DNA of 46,209 bases from Roseiflexaceae bacterium UBA965. Its GTDB lineage: Bacteria; Chloroflexota; Chloroflexia; Chloroflexales; Roseiflexaceae. Positions 17,761-27,636 of this stretch are shown here, piece by piece (position 1 is the first letter of the stretch; every line of letters begins with the position of its first letter). Location of the stretch: contig DBCF01000015.1 in assembly GCA_002292925.1 (NCBI GenBank), positions 1 to 46,209 on the forward strand. The letters run 5' to 3'. The notes under the pieces were generated by a model, which did not search any database, had not been told where the DNA came from, and was given only the letters and a program-made list of their open reading frames with translations. The translations under genes and the position numbers were made by a program.

Positions 17761-18597
17761 TTAGTGCGTTTTCTTTTGGAAGGGCAACCACAAAATGCCC
17801 AAAAACCCATCGATGAAGCGGACAATGGCATAACACAGCCAGCGAAACGGCCACAACAGCCAAACAACTGATTTGCGCAAGGGTGAACGAGCAATCAGAA
17901 TAGTGCCAAACAATACACTCGCCGAAATCGCAAACTGCTGTATTTCACTAAACGTGATATGGGCATATTCATGCAAAATCAACTCGCTGCCAATTACCAG
18001 CAACAACAAAAATGCGCTAGTTTCAAATGCGGGATCCCATTGTATCAATTTGCTAAAAATCGCAGCCGCAAAACGCATCACCACGATACCAATTGCCACA
18101 CCCAGCATAACCACCCACAGTTTATCAGAGAGCGCTACTGCGGCGATTACATTGTCAATACTGAACGCCAAATCGGCGAGCTCGAGGGCGGCAACAGTCG
18201 CCCAGAAACCACTCGCCTTGATTGTGCTACCTTCGTGTTGATCATTCTTGTGCGCATAATCGAAGCGCTCACCAAAATGTCGGATAGCGAGATACATCAA
18301 GTAGAGTGCCCCTACGAGGCGTAACCACGGGAATTGGATAATCCACCCTGCAATCACCAGCATCAAGCCCCGACCAAGGTATGCGCCGAGCAAACCAACT
18401 TTTAAAGCCGCATCACGTTGATTACCGAGCGTACGTTGCCCCCAATTACTGAGAAAACTCAATGACTTCGGCCAAGGAATAGGCTGGTTGGTGGGTAGAT
18501 GTGCGACCATCGCCCCCAATACGGCGGCATTGTCGATAGACAAAATACCTTCGAGAAATACCAACTGCACGATTACACTAATAATTGAGATGTCCAT
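17761..18597 (-). CDS. TerC/DUF475-family integral membrane protein
   Basis: Duplicated LEGILSIDNAAVLG and LAFSIDNVIAAVAL motifs within a multi-pass hydrophobic protein. Confidence 0.75.
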   Translation of the reverse strand: MDISIISVIVQLVFLEGILSIDNAAVLGAMVAHLPTNQPIPWPKSLSFLSNWGQRTLGNQRDAALKVGLLGAYLGRGLMLVIAGWIIQFPWLRLVGALYLMYLAIRHFGERFDYAHKNDQHEGSTIKASGFWATVAALELADLAFSIDNVIAAVALSDKLWVVMLGVAIGIVVMRFAAAIFSKLIQWDPAFETSAFLLLLVIGSELILHEYAHITFSEIQQFAISASVLFGTILIARSPLRKSVVWLLWPFRWLCYAIVRFIDGFLGILWLPFQKKTH

Positions 18598-18710
18598 GTG
18601 TTTCCTTTCAAATTACTCTATAATATTACACGATGCGTGGCTACACTGTGGTTGCACACGCGGATCTTTTTGTGTGGTTGCGTCTGCACAACCAGGAAGG
18701 GAACGTGCAA

Positions 18711-20003
18711 ATGGCGGTAGTAGCGGTACTTGGCGCTCAATGGGGCGACGAAGGTAAGGGTCACATCGTTGATATTTTGGCGGCACGCGCCACCACTGTC
18801 GTACGCTATGGTGGCGGGAACAACGCCGGCCATACGGTCGTTAACCGTCATGGGACGTTCAAATTGCATATGATCCCAGCGGGGATTTTTGAGCCAGCAA
18901 CCCTCAATATTGTGGGCAACGGCACGGTTATCGACCCCAAAGACTTTATTGCCGAACTTGATGGTTTGATGCAACGGGGAATCGATGTATCAAACGTGCG
19001 TATCAGTGATCGCGCCCACGTGGTGATGCCCTACCACGTACTCCAAGATCGCCTCGACGAGCAATTGCGTGGCGATGCCAAAATCGGCACCACCGGGCGC
19101 GGCATTGGTCCAGCCTATGCCGACAAAATGTCACGGATCGGCATTCGTATGGCCGATTTGACCAACCCCAACATGTTGCGCCAACGCCTGAGCGCAGTGT
19201 TGTCAATCAAAAACCGCTTGTTTACCACCTATTACGCCAGCGAACCATTTGATTTAGAAGCACTCTATAGCGAATATTTGGCATATGGACAGCGATTGGC
19301 CGCTCATATTACCGATGTCTATCCTGCCATTCAGCGCGCCATCAGTGGCCACGAAGCAGTATTGCTCGAAGGTGCCCAAGGAATTTTGCTCGACATCGAC
19401 CATGGCACCTATCCCTTTGTGACCTCGTCGTTGCCTGGTATCGCAGGGGCTTGTCAAGGGGCGGGGATTGCTCCCAACGCCATCGACCATGTGATGGGTG
19501 TCTTTAAAGCCTACGCCACCCGGGTCGGTTCAGGACCATTCCCCAGTGAAGTCGATGGGGTCACCGCCGATGCCTTGCGCCAAATGGGCAAACCATGGGC
19601 CGAAGTCGGCACCACCACCGGGCGATTGCGCCGTGTCGGTTGGTTTGATGCGGTGGCGGCGCGCTATGCCGTCAACCTCAATGGCATCGATTTGTTGACC
19701 ATTACCAAACTCGATGTGCTCGACGAACTCGCCGAAATTGCGATTTGTGTGGGCTATCGCTTGCATGGTGCGATTATCGACCATCCCCCCACCCAACCCG
19801 AAGACTATGCCTTGGTCGAGCCCATCTACGAAACCATGCCCGGCTGGCTAACCCCCACCCCCGATGCCCGCAGTTGGCAAGACTTGCCAGCCGCCGCCCA
19901 AGCCTATGTACAACGCTTGGCTGAGTTGTGCGAAGCGAAAGTGGCGATTATTTCGGTGGGACCAGGCCATGAGCAAATCATCGAAATGATTCCGGTGCTC
20001 TAA
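18711..20003 (+). CDS. purA: Adenylosuccinate synthase
   Basis: MAVVAVLGAQWGDEGKGHIVD P-loop, GGGNNAGHT and TTGRGIGPAY. Start moved to ATG 18711 (AGGAAGG upstream). The track extension from 18633 has no PurA counterpart. Confidence 0.95.
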   Translation: MAVVAVLGAQWGDEGKGHIVDILAARATTVVRYGGGNNAGHTVVNRHGTFKLHMIPAGIFEPATLNIVGNGTVIDPKDFIAELDGLMQRGIDVSNVRISDRAHVVMPYHVLQDRLDEQLRGDAKIGTTGRGIGPAYADKMSRIGIRMADLTNPNMLRQRLSAVLSIKNRLFTTYYASEPFDLEALYSEYLAYGQRLAAHITDVYPAIQRAISGHEAVLLEGAQGILLDIDHGTYPFVTSSLPGIAGACQGAGIAPNAIDHVMGVFKAYATRVGSGPFPSEVDGVTADALRQMGKPWAEVGTTTGRLRRVGWFDAVAARYAVNLNGIDLLTITKLDVLDELAEIAICVGYRLHGAIIDHPPTQPEDYALVEPIYETMPGWLTPTPDARSWQDLPAAAQAYVQRLAELCEAKVAIISVGPGHEQIIEMIPVL

Positions 20004-20016
20004 ACTTGCCTGTTTG

Positions 20017-20067
20017 ACCAACAAACCCCCCCCATGCACGGTGTGTGCATGGGGGGGGTTTGTTGGT
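20017..20067. terminator. Bidirectional hairpin (23-bp perfect stem containing a C8/G8 run, 5-nt loop) between convergent purA and the glutaredoxin-like gene
   Basis: accaacaaaccccccccatgcac-ggtgt-gtgcatggggggggtttgttggt. No classical U-tract. Confidence 0.55.
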
Positions 20068-20072
20068 ACGCA

Positions 20073-20321
20073 CTAGCGCAGGCTGGCGATTTTTTCTTTG
20101 AGGACCGCCGCAGAAGGCTCAGCCAACATCGAACCATCGGGGAACACGATGGTGGGAACAACTTGGTTGCCGCCGTTGAGCTTGACGACCAAATCCCGTG
20201 CACTTTCATCTTTTTCGATGTCGATTTCGGTGTAGGCGATTTGCTCTTCTTTGAAAACCCGCTTGGCGGTGCGACAATCGGGGCACCATGTGGTGCTATA
20301 CATCATAATTCCGTTGCTCAT
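20073..20321 (-). CDS. Glutaredoxin-family small redox protein (CPDC active site; NrdH/mycoredoxin-like)
   Basis: MSNGIMMYSTTWCPDCRTAKRVF...VPTIVFPDGS thioredoxin-fold pattern. Start moved to ATG 20321 (TTAGGAG upstream). Confidence 0.8.
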   Translation of the reverse strand: MSNGIMMYSTTWCPDCRTAKRVFKEEQIAYTEIDIEKDESARDLVVKLNGGNQVVPTIVFPDGSMLAEPSAAVLKEKIASLR

Positions 20322-20404
20322 GTCAACTCCTAAAGTACAAACAGACACAATAGTATTATACTCAATACCCACACTCATTGAAATTGGCATCAATAGGTAT
20401 TGAT

Positions 20405-21850
20405 TTATTGCCCATCAATGTATATAGCTTTCTCTTGCGAAAAGAACTCGATGGCACCTTTGCCCATTTCGCGGAACATGCCCGAGCCGCTCTGCTTAAA
20501 TCCACCAAACGGCGCCTGAATCGAAACCCCTGCAGTTGGCTGATTCACTTTCAACATGCCCGCTTCGGCACGCTCAGCAAATCGAATCGCATTGCGCAAA
20601 TCATTCGACACCAACGATGCTGATAATCCGTAGGGGATATTGTTCGAAATAGCAAATGCTTCGTCCAAACCGTCTGCTTCGATAACCCCAATCACCGGGC
20701 CGAATACTTCCTCTTGGGCGATACGTGAATCAGGCCGCACATGCGTCAACACCGTCGGCCGCACAAAGTAACCATTCCCCTCTGGTGCTAATCCACCAGC
20801 CACAATTTGAGCACCTTCACTACTGGCAATCTGGATGTAATCCATGTCCGTGTTACGCTGGCTGGCACTGACCGCAGGCCCCATTTGCACGCCATCCACC
20901 AATCCCGGACCAACCACCAACGCTTGGGCAGCAGCTGCCAGCCGCTTCGAAAACTCTGCCACAATTGATTTGTCGACGATTACGCGACTGGTGGCCGTAC
21001 AGGCCTGGCCGGTCAAACCAAAGCCACCACGCACTACGATGTTTACCGCTTTGTCGATATCGGCATCTGCCGCCACAATCACTGGGTTTTTGCCACCCAT
21101 CTCGAGGTGGGTTCGGGTCAACCGTGGTGCTGTTTTTTGATAGAGCGCATGACCAACGGTATATGATCCGGTGAACGATACCGCTTTGATGCGTGCATCG
21201 GTCGCAAGGGTGTCACCAATCGTACCACCACTGCCCGTCACACAATTCACCACACCGGCCGGCACACCGGCTTCGTGCAAGGCAGCCATCAAGCGCAACG
21301 CCATCAATGGGGTAGCTGAGGCGGGTTTGAGGACCACTGCATTACCCATTACCAGCGCCGGCGCCATCTTCCATACCGGAATCGACAATGGGAAATTCCA
21401 TGGGGTAATAATCGCCACCACCCCTAGCGGTACACGTACGCTATAGAGCAACGTCGAAGGGGTATCGGCGGGCAATACATCGCCACCGACCCGCCATGCT
21501 TCACCCGCAAAATAGCGAAACACTTCGACAGCACGAACAACTTCCATCCGTGCTTCGGTTTTGGTTTTGCCTTCTTCGCGGGTCAATTCAATCGCCCATA
21601 GGTCGATTTGGGTTTCGATTAAATTGGCCACTTTGTGCAAAATCCGGCCGCGCTCTGGTGCCGGCCGGGCCGCCCAGGCTGGTTGGGCCGCAGCGGCCGC
21701 CGCAATCGCTTGCTGTACATCGGCAATTGCCGATGACGGGGCGTAGCCGACCAATTCATCGAGCTGGGCTGGATTGCGAATTTCGAGATAATTGCCACTC
21801 GTTGGGGCAACCCATTCACCACCAATAAAATTCCGTTGCTTTTCCATCAT
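20405..21850 (-). CDS. NAD(P)-dependent aldehyde dehydrogenase (probable succinate-semialdehyde dehydrogenase by context)
   Basis: ALDH family motifs: catalytic Glu motif HLEMGGKNP, catalytic Cys region FGLTGQACTA, and EEVFGPV. The specific function is inferred only from linkage to gabT. Confidence 0.85.
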   Translation of the reverse strand: MMEKQRNFIGGEWVAPTSGNYLEIRNPAQLDELVGYAPSSAIADVQQAIAAAAAAQPAWAARPAPERGRILHKVANLIETQIDLWAIELTREEGKTKTEARMEVVRAVEVFRYFAGEAWRVGGDVLPADTPSTLLYSVRVPLGVVAIITPWNFPLSIPVWKMAPALVMGNAVVLKPASATPLMALRLMAALHEAGVPAGVVNCVTGSGGTIGDTLATDARIKAVSFTGSYTVGHALYQKTAPRLTRTHLEMGGKNPVIVAADADIDKAVNIVVRGGFGLTGQACTATSRVIVDKSIVAEFSKRLAAAAQALVVGPGLVDGVQMGPAVSASQRNTDMDYIQIASSEGAQIVAGGLAPEGNGYFVRPTVLTHVRPDSRIAQEEVFGPVIGVIEADGLDEAFAISNNIPYGLSASLVSNDLRNAIRFAERAEAGMLKVNQPTAGVSIQAPFGGFKQSGSGMFREMGKGAIEFFSQEKAIYIDGQ

Positions 21851-21929
21851 TATTCCCCTTTATGGTGCGAAAAGCGACGCACCATCGCATCGCTTTTTGC
21901 ACAAAAATCATCCTGTCCGTAACACACCC

Positions 21930-22562
21930 TTATGGCTGATAATCGGGATTATCCCAGACAATCAATGTCGCATCGTTGCCTAATTCGGCGTCATGCAGAT
22001 AATCATAGATGATACCCCGGACGGTGTAGCCGTTGCGCAGTTGCGGCGTCAAGGTAGGATCTTTCAATTCACCTGTCGCCACTTTGGCCGCATATTCTGC
22101 GAGTGACATTTGCTCTTTGTGGAAGCGATACCCGGGTACCATGCCACCACCAACCATACCACGTAAATTCAGCGTTTTAATCAATGATTTCCGGGCGTCA
22201 TACAACGCCGATGCAATCCCCCGTTGGCGAAATTCAGGCAATGTGCTCATATCAGCACCATACAGCCATTCACCGTCTGGTTCGTGATTAGTAAAAAAAC
22301 CACTGGCGATCATGTCATCAAACGCATGCTGGGCATGCGCTAGATCAATATGGCGCCGCAACGAAGAACTCATCCCCACGATTTGGCCATCAATCAAGGC
22401 CACGTGTTGCCCGGCGGGGAACATCTGCACTTGGCTGATGATGTGTTCACGGCGAAACAAATGCGACGGGTCGAGTGACGGATAACAGCGCTGTTGCAAC
22501 AATTCGAGTGATTCGGCATCCGCTAATTGCGTCTGCCGAATCATAACCTGTGTCGTTGTCAT
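21930..22562 (-). CDS. GNAT-family N-acetyltransferase
   Basis: Acetyl-CoA-binding motif FRQRGIASALY within a ~210-aa protein. Only a 2-nt gap separates it from the upstream gabT stop. Confidence 0.7.
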   Translation of the reverse strand: MTTTQVMIRQTQLADAESLELLQQRCYPSLDPSHLFRREHIISQVQMFPAGQHVALIDGQIVGMSSSLRRHIDLAHAQHAFDDMIASGFFTNHEPDGEWLYGADMSTLPEFRQRGIASALYDARKSLIKTLNLRGMVGGGMVPGYRFHKEQMSLAEYAAKVATGELKDPTLTPQLRNGYTVRGIIYDYLHDAELGNDATLIVWDNPDYQP

Positions 22563-22564
22563 TA

Positions 22565-23887
22565 CTATACCGATCGCACTGCCGCATCAAGCACGGCCAG
22601 TCCTTCTTGGAGTTGCTCGTCGGTAATCACCAGCGGCATCAACAAGCGCACACAGTTGGTGTACAACCCGGCGCGCATGGTAATCACACCATGTTGCAAA
22701 CAATAACTGCTGATTTTGGCGACGGCATCGGGATCGGGTTCGCGGGTGGTACGATCTTTGACGAATTCGATAGCAATCATGCTACCCAGACCGCGCACAT
22801 CACCAACCTTGGGAATTTCGCGTTGCCAAGTTTCGCCGAGGGCTTTGATTTGGGCACCGATTTTTTTGGAACGCTCCAGCAAATCGCCATCTTGGAATTG
22901 GTTCATCACTTCGATGGCTGCCACACAGGCCAACGGATTGCCGCCATACGTGCCACCAATCCCACCGATATGGACTTTGTCCATCAATTCGGCCCGACCG
23001 GTCACGGCGGCCAATGGCATCCCAGCGGCAATCGATTTAGCTGTCACGATGATATCGGGCTCGACACCCATTTGCTCCATGGCAAACAACGTACCCGTAC
23101 GGCCAAAGCCACACTGGACTTCATCGGCAATCAAGACAATCCCGTATTTGTCGCACAACGCACGCAAGCGTTGCATGTAGGATTTGGGCACGGGGATAAA
23201 GCCACCTTCGCCTTGGACAGGCTCGATGATAATCGCGGCTACGGCGTTCGCATCTACATGCGTCAACAGCATCCGTTCGAGTTGATCGGTACAAGCGCCG
23301 CTACACGAGTTTTGGCACATACGGCATTGATATTCGTAGGGGAATGGTGCGCGGTAGATTTCGGGCACAAATGGTCCAAGGTTCTTTTTGAAAGCCGTTT
23401 TGGACGTGAGTGACAACGTCATCAATGTACGCCCATGATAGCCACCTTCGAACGCAATAATCGCTTGGCGGCCAGTGGCGACTTTGGCGATTTTGATGGC
23501 GTTTTCGACCCCTTCGGCACCACTATTCGCCAAAATTGTTTTGCAGGCGCCACTAATCGGCACTGCATCGTTGAGCCGTTCACACAGTTCGACATATGAT
23601 TCATAGGTGCCCACCAATGCCGAGAAGTGAATCAGTTTTTGCGCTTGAGCATGAATAGCATCAACCACAGCCGGCATGGTGTGCCCTGCGTTCAATACAC
23701 CGATACCACCGACAAAGTCGAGGTAGGTGTTGCCGTCGACATCAGTCACTGTTGCCCCGTGGGCGTGATCAATGGCGATGGGGTGCGCTTTGTAGAGCCC
23801 GTTTGGTACCGCAGCTTCGCGGCGAGCGACAATCGCCCGCGATTTTGGACCAGGAACTTCGGTTACAAGATTAATTGTCTTTGACAT
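22565..23887 (-). CDS. gabT: 4-aminobutyrate--2-oxoglutarate transaminase (class III aminotransferase)
   Basis: PGPKSRAIVARR..., DVDGNTYLDFVGGIGVLNAGH, ADEVQCGFGRTG and the PLP-lysine context VTAKSIAAG. Confidence 0.85.
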   Translation of the reverse strand: MSKTINLVTEVPGPKSRAIVARREAAVPNGLYKAHPIAIDHAHGATVTDVDGNTYLDFVGGIGVLNAGHTMPAVVDAIHAQAQKLIHFSALVGTYESYVELCERLNDAVPISGACKTILANSGAEGVENAIKIAKVATGRQAIIAFEGGYHGRTLMTLSLTSKTAFKKNLGPFVPEIYRAPFPYEYQCRMCQNSCSGACTDQLERMLLTHVDANAVAAIIIEPVQGEGGFIPVPKSYMQRLRALCDKYGIVLIADEVQCGFGRTGTLFAMEQMGVEPDIIVTAKSIAAGMPLAAVTGRAELMDKVHIGGIGGTYGGNPLACVAAIEVMNQFQDGDLLERSKKIGAQIKALGETWQREIPKVGDVRGLGSMIAIEFVKDRTTREPDPDAVAKISSYCLQHGVITMRAGLYTNCVRLLMPLVITDEQLQEGLAVLDAAVRSV

Positions 23888-23914
23888 TCCAATTTCCTTT
23901 CAACAACGACAACT

Positions 23915-25708
23915 CTACTCTGGAATTTGACCACCGAACTGTTCTGCATATTGTAACCGATAGAGACGGGCGTAATAACCATTCAACGCAAGTAATTCAT
24001 CATGCGTCCCGTCTTCTACCAATTTACCCCGATGTAATACCAAAATCCGATCGACGTAGCGAATCGTCGACAAACGATGGGCAATAACCAGCGACGTCCG
24101 CCCTTTGAGCAACCGTTGCACGGCGACCTGCATGATTTGCTCTGTCTCGGTGTCAACACTACTCGTCGCCTCGTCGAGAATGAGCATCACTTCCGGATTA
24201 AACGCCATCGCCCGCGCAAACGCCAACAACTGGCGTTGCCCGACCGATAAATTCGAACCGCGCTCACGTACTTCATAATCATATGTGCCAGGCAGTTTGT
24301 CGATAAATGTCGCCGCACCAGAAATTTCGGCAGCCGCTCGCACTTGCGCATCGGTAATCGTCGTATCGTGCAAACGAATGTTGTCGCTGATAGTCCCACT
24401 AAAACAGGTAGGGTCTTGGGGCACTGCACCCACATGACTGCGCAAATCGTGTTGACGCAAGGAACGAATGTCGATCCCATCGAGCAAAATCGCCCCCTGC
24501 TGGATTTCGTAAAAGCGCGCCATCAAACTCACCAGCGAGGTTTTGCCGGCGCCGGTGGCACCCACCACTGCTACCGCTTGCCCCGCCGGAATCGTAAATG
24601 ACACGCCTTTGAGCACCGGTTCATCTGGGTTATAGCCAAAGACAACATTATCAAAAGTGATTTCACCACGCACCGGCGTAACCAGTTCCAACGGCGTCAC
24701 AGGGTCGACAATATCGGCTGGGGTATCCAACACCCGGAACACCCGCTCCGACGACGCCATGGCGCTCTGGAGGGTGTTGTAGCGGTCTGCTAATTGCCGG
24801 ATAGGTTGGAAGGCTTGGTCGGTATATTGAATAAACGCCACCAACAACCCGATGGTCACATAATCCCCCAAAACCAGATTGCCACCGAGCGTCAACAATA
24901 CCGCCGACGCCATCACTGATGTCACATAAATCGTGGGGAAAAAGACCGCAAAGGTATTGTTGGAACGAAATTGTGATTGCAAATATTCTTTGCTGATTGT
25001 CGAAAAAAACGTCCGGCTACTTTCTTCACGACGAAACAGCTGTGTCACCAACACACCAGTGATTTGTTCATTGAGGTAGGCATTGATGCGGGCCAACCGT
25101 TGCCGCATCACCCGGTAGGTCGTACGCATAATCCGTTGGAAAATAATCGTCGACAAAATCACCACCGGGAAAATACAAAACGACACCAACGCCAAACGCC
25201 AACTCAACAACAACATCGTCACCACGATAAACAGCAAACGTACCAAATCGCCGAGCAATGCCACGGTGCCTTGGGTAATAAAGTCATTGAGTGCATCAAC
25301 ATCGTTGGTGATACGAGTAAGTAGACGCCCGACAGGATTGCGATCAAAAAAACTCAGGCTCATCGATTGGATGTGCCGAAAAATAGCCATGCGGATATCA
25401 ATGATGATGCGTTGGCTCATCGACTGCATGATGTACGTTTGCACATAGCGAAACAAAAATGAAAAAACCAGCGTGCCGGCATACAGAAAGAAAATCGGCC
25501 AAATACCTTCTACATTGCGGTTTGCAATTGGGCCATCAATGGCCGTACGAATCAAATACGGCGGGATAAGTTCGACCAACGCACTCCCAATCATCAAGAC
25601 AATTGCGGCCGTCAACGACCATTTATATGGCACCACAAAGCCCATCAGCCGGCGTACAAGCCGTCCGTCGTAGGCTTTTCCGAGTATTTCATCATCATAA
25701 AACGTCAT
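23915..25708 (-). CDS. ABC exporter, fused permease/ATPase (half-transporter B)
   Basis: Six-TM ABC_membrane domain followed by Walker A GATGAGKTS, signature LSVGQRQLL and Walker B LILDEATS. Confidence 0.9.
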   Translation of the reverse strand: MTFYDDEILGKAYDGRLVRRLMGFVVPYKWSLTAAIVLMIGSALVELIPPYLIRTAIDGPIANRNVEGIWPIFFLYAGTLVFSFLFRYVQTYIMQSMSQRIIIDIRMAIFRHIQSMSLSFFDRNPVGRLLTRITNDVDALNDFITQGTVALLGDLVRLLFIVVTMLLLSWRLALVSFCIFPVVILSTIIFQRIMRTTYRVMRQRLARINAYLNEQITGVLVTQLFRREESSRTFFSTISKEYLQSQFRSNNTFAVFFPTIYVTSVMASAVLLTLGGNLVLGDYVTIGLLVAFIQYTDQAFQPIRQLADRYNTLQSAMASSERVFRVLDTPADIVDPVTPLELVTPVRGEITFDNVVFGYNPDEPVLKGVSFTIPAGQAVAVVGATGAGKTSLVSLMARFYEIQQGAILLDGIDIRSLRQHDLRSHVGAVPQDPTCFSGTISDNIRLHDTTITDAQVRAAAEISGAATFIDKLPGTYDYEVRERGSNLSVGQRQLLAFARAMAFNPEVMLILDEATSSVDTETEQIMQVAVQRLLKGRTSLVIAHRLSTIRYVDRILVLHRGKLVEDGTHDELLALNGYYARLYRLQYAEQFGGQIPE

Positions 25709-25757
25709 GACATCCCTCGTTATTCAGTACGTCAGGTGCGCGTGCGACACCAACAAA

Positions 25758-27509
25758 TCAGGCATTATCAACTGCATCTGCCAACGTTTCACGTTGATAC
25801 ATGGCGGTATATAAACCACCCTGCGCCAACAAAGTCGCATGCGACCCTTGCTCGGCGATTTCGCCATCACGGAGCAGTACGATCAAATCGGCATCGCGCA
25901 CGGTGGCAATCCGTTGCGCAATCAAAATCGCAGTCCGGCCATGGCGAAATTGGCGCAGTCCTTCGAGGATTTGTGACGCAGTATGCGTATCGACACTCGA
26001 CAACGCATCATCGAGCACCAAAATCGCTGGGTCGCGCAACACCGCCCGCGCAATTGCCGTGCGTTGTTTTTGACCACCAGACAACGTGACACCCCGTTCA
26101 CCAACCAACGTATCGATGCCGTCGGGTAATTGCACCACGTCATTACTCAGCCGCGAGATGTGCAGGGCCTGTTCAATTTCTTCGGCAGACGCATCAGGTC
26201 GCCCAAACGCCACATTTTCACGGACGGGCACACTAAACAAAAAGGTATCTTGGGGGACATAGCCAATCCCTTCGCGCAACGACGCTAACGCAACGTCGCG
26301 GATGTCGTGGCCGTCCACCGAAATCGTCCCTTCCGTGGGATCTTGGACCCGCGCCAACAAATTGACCAACGTGGTTTTGCCACTACCGGTAGCTCCCACA
26401 ATCGCCACTGTTTGCCCTTCGGCAACCTCAAACGAAACATGGCGCAAAATCCAACGCGCGTCCGCACCACCGCCAACAGACACGCCGACATTATGGAATT
26501 TCACTGCACCAGTAACGATATGATCGACACCACCATGTTCATCGTTATTGCGAATCGATGGCACCCGTTGCAATACTTCACCGAGACGCCCTGCAGCCGA
26601 TACCGCCTGTTGGTAGAGATCGACGGTCCATCCCAAGGCTACTACTGGCCATCCCAAGGCTGCCAGATAACTATTGAACAACACCAGATCACCAATGCTC
26701 ATTTGGCCGGCAGCCACTTGTTGGCCGCCGATGAGCAATACCAGTGCACCGATAATCCCCAAAACAAGACTAATAATCGGCCACAACAAACCACTCAACA
26801 ACACATAGCGCACGTTCTGGGCGCGATAGCGTTCGTTTACCCGTAAAAACTCTTCGGTTTCTTGGGCTTCTTGGGTATAGGCTTTGATGGTGCGGATACC
26901 CGAAAAATCCTCTTGGACGCGGGTTGATACTTCACCAAACAAATCTTGGACTTTACGGAAAATCAGGCGCATCCGCGCACCAACCACTACAAACAAAATC
27001 GTTACCACCGGCAATAACGCCAGCACAATCAACGCCAACGTTAAATTAGTCGCAACCATCAGTGCTGATGCCGAGATAATCATTAGTACCGCACCAATTT
27101 GTTGGACTCCAGGACCAAAAAACTGTCTAATTGCCGAAATATCATTGGTCACCCGGGTCATCAAGTCACCCGTATGATGTTCACCATAAAACTTTTGATC
27201 GAGAATCAGCAAGCGGCGGAACATCGCCTCACGTACATCACCTTCGACTTGATGTGCCGTGCCGAGGATGAGCACCCGTGATAAAAACCCAAACAGAAAT
27301 ACGATAGCAGCCATACCTAACATTTTGAGGGCATAGCCGACTAAATCATCCCAAATAATCCCTTTGGTACTGATTTCGTTAACGACATCCCGCACCACTT
27401 GGGGCACCATCACCGTAAACCCAATTTGAATGGTATTGCACAAAATCCCTAACAGGTAGCGCCAGCGGTAGCGCACCACATACGGCCACAATGCACGTAA
27501 TTGATTCAT
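25758..27509 (-). CDS. ABC exporter, fused permease/ATPase (half-transporter A)
   Basis: Six-TM domain followed by GATGSGKTT, LSGGQKQRTAIAR and LVLDDALS. It is tandem with the previous gene, which suggests a heterodimeric exporter. Confidence 0.9.
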   Translation of the reverse strand: MNQLRALWPYVVRYRWRYLLGILCNTIQIGFTVMVPQVVRDVVNEISTKGIIWDDLVGYALKMLGMAAIVFLFGFLSRVLILGTAHQVEGDVREAMFRRLLILDQKFYGEHHTGDLMTRVTNDISAIRQFFGPGVQQIGAVLMIISASALMVATNLTLALIVLALLPVVTILFVVVGARMRLIFRKVQDLFGEVSTRVQEDFSGIRTIKAYTQEAQETEEFLRVNERYRAQNVRYVLLSGLLWPIISLVLGIIGALVLLIGGQQVAAGQMSIGDLVLFNSYLAALGWPVVALGWTVDLYQQAVSAAGRLGEVLQRVPSIRNNDEHGGVDHIVTGAVKFHNVGVSVGGGADARWILRHVSFEVAEGQTVAIVGATGSGKTTLVNLLARVQDPTEGTISVDGHDIRDVALASLREGIGYVPQDTFLFSVPVRENVAFGRPDASAEEIEQALHISRLSNDVVQLPDGIDTLVGERGVTLSGGQKQRTAIARAVLRDPAILVLDDALSSVDTHTASQILEGLRQFRHGRTAILIAQRIATVRDADLIVLLRDGEIAEQGSHATLLAQGGLYTAMYQRETLADAVDNA

Positions 27510-27636
27510 GAACCAATCCCTTAATTATTGGAAACCTGACTGACAGTTAGTATACCACCGCAAAACACCACTGCCCATGCACAGAACGTGCGTGGGCAGT
27601 GGTGTAGAGAATCGTACGCAAATATACCGATAGCGA

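Noticed and set aside
18598-18710. Possible yybP-ykoY (Mn2+) riboswitch upstream of the TerC-like gene
   Set aside because: The divergent spacer is only ~113 nt. On the minus strand it lacks the conserved GGGGAGTAG-type core, leaving insufficient room and no motif.
22550-23413. 287-aa + strand ORF. The same applies to similar long antisense ORFs such as 16764-17393(-), 7960-8613(-), 10220-10711(-), 26307-26846(+), 28841-29392(+) and 44080-44616(-).
   Set aside because: Each is fully embedded antisense in a gene with unambiguous family motifs. Their products are low-complexity (His/Gly/Arg/Pro-rich) shadow ORFs typical of this G+C content.
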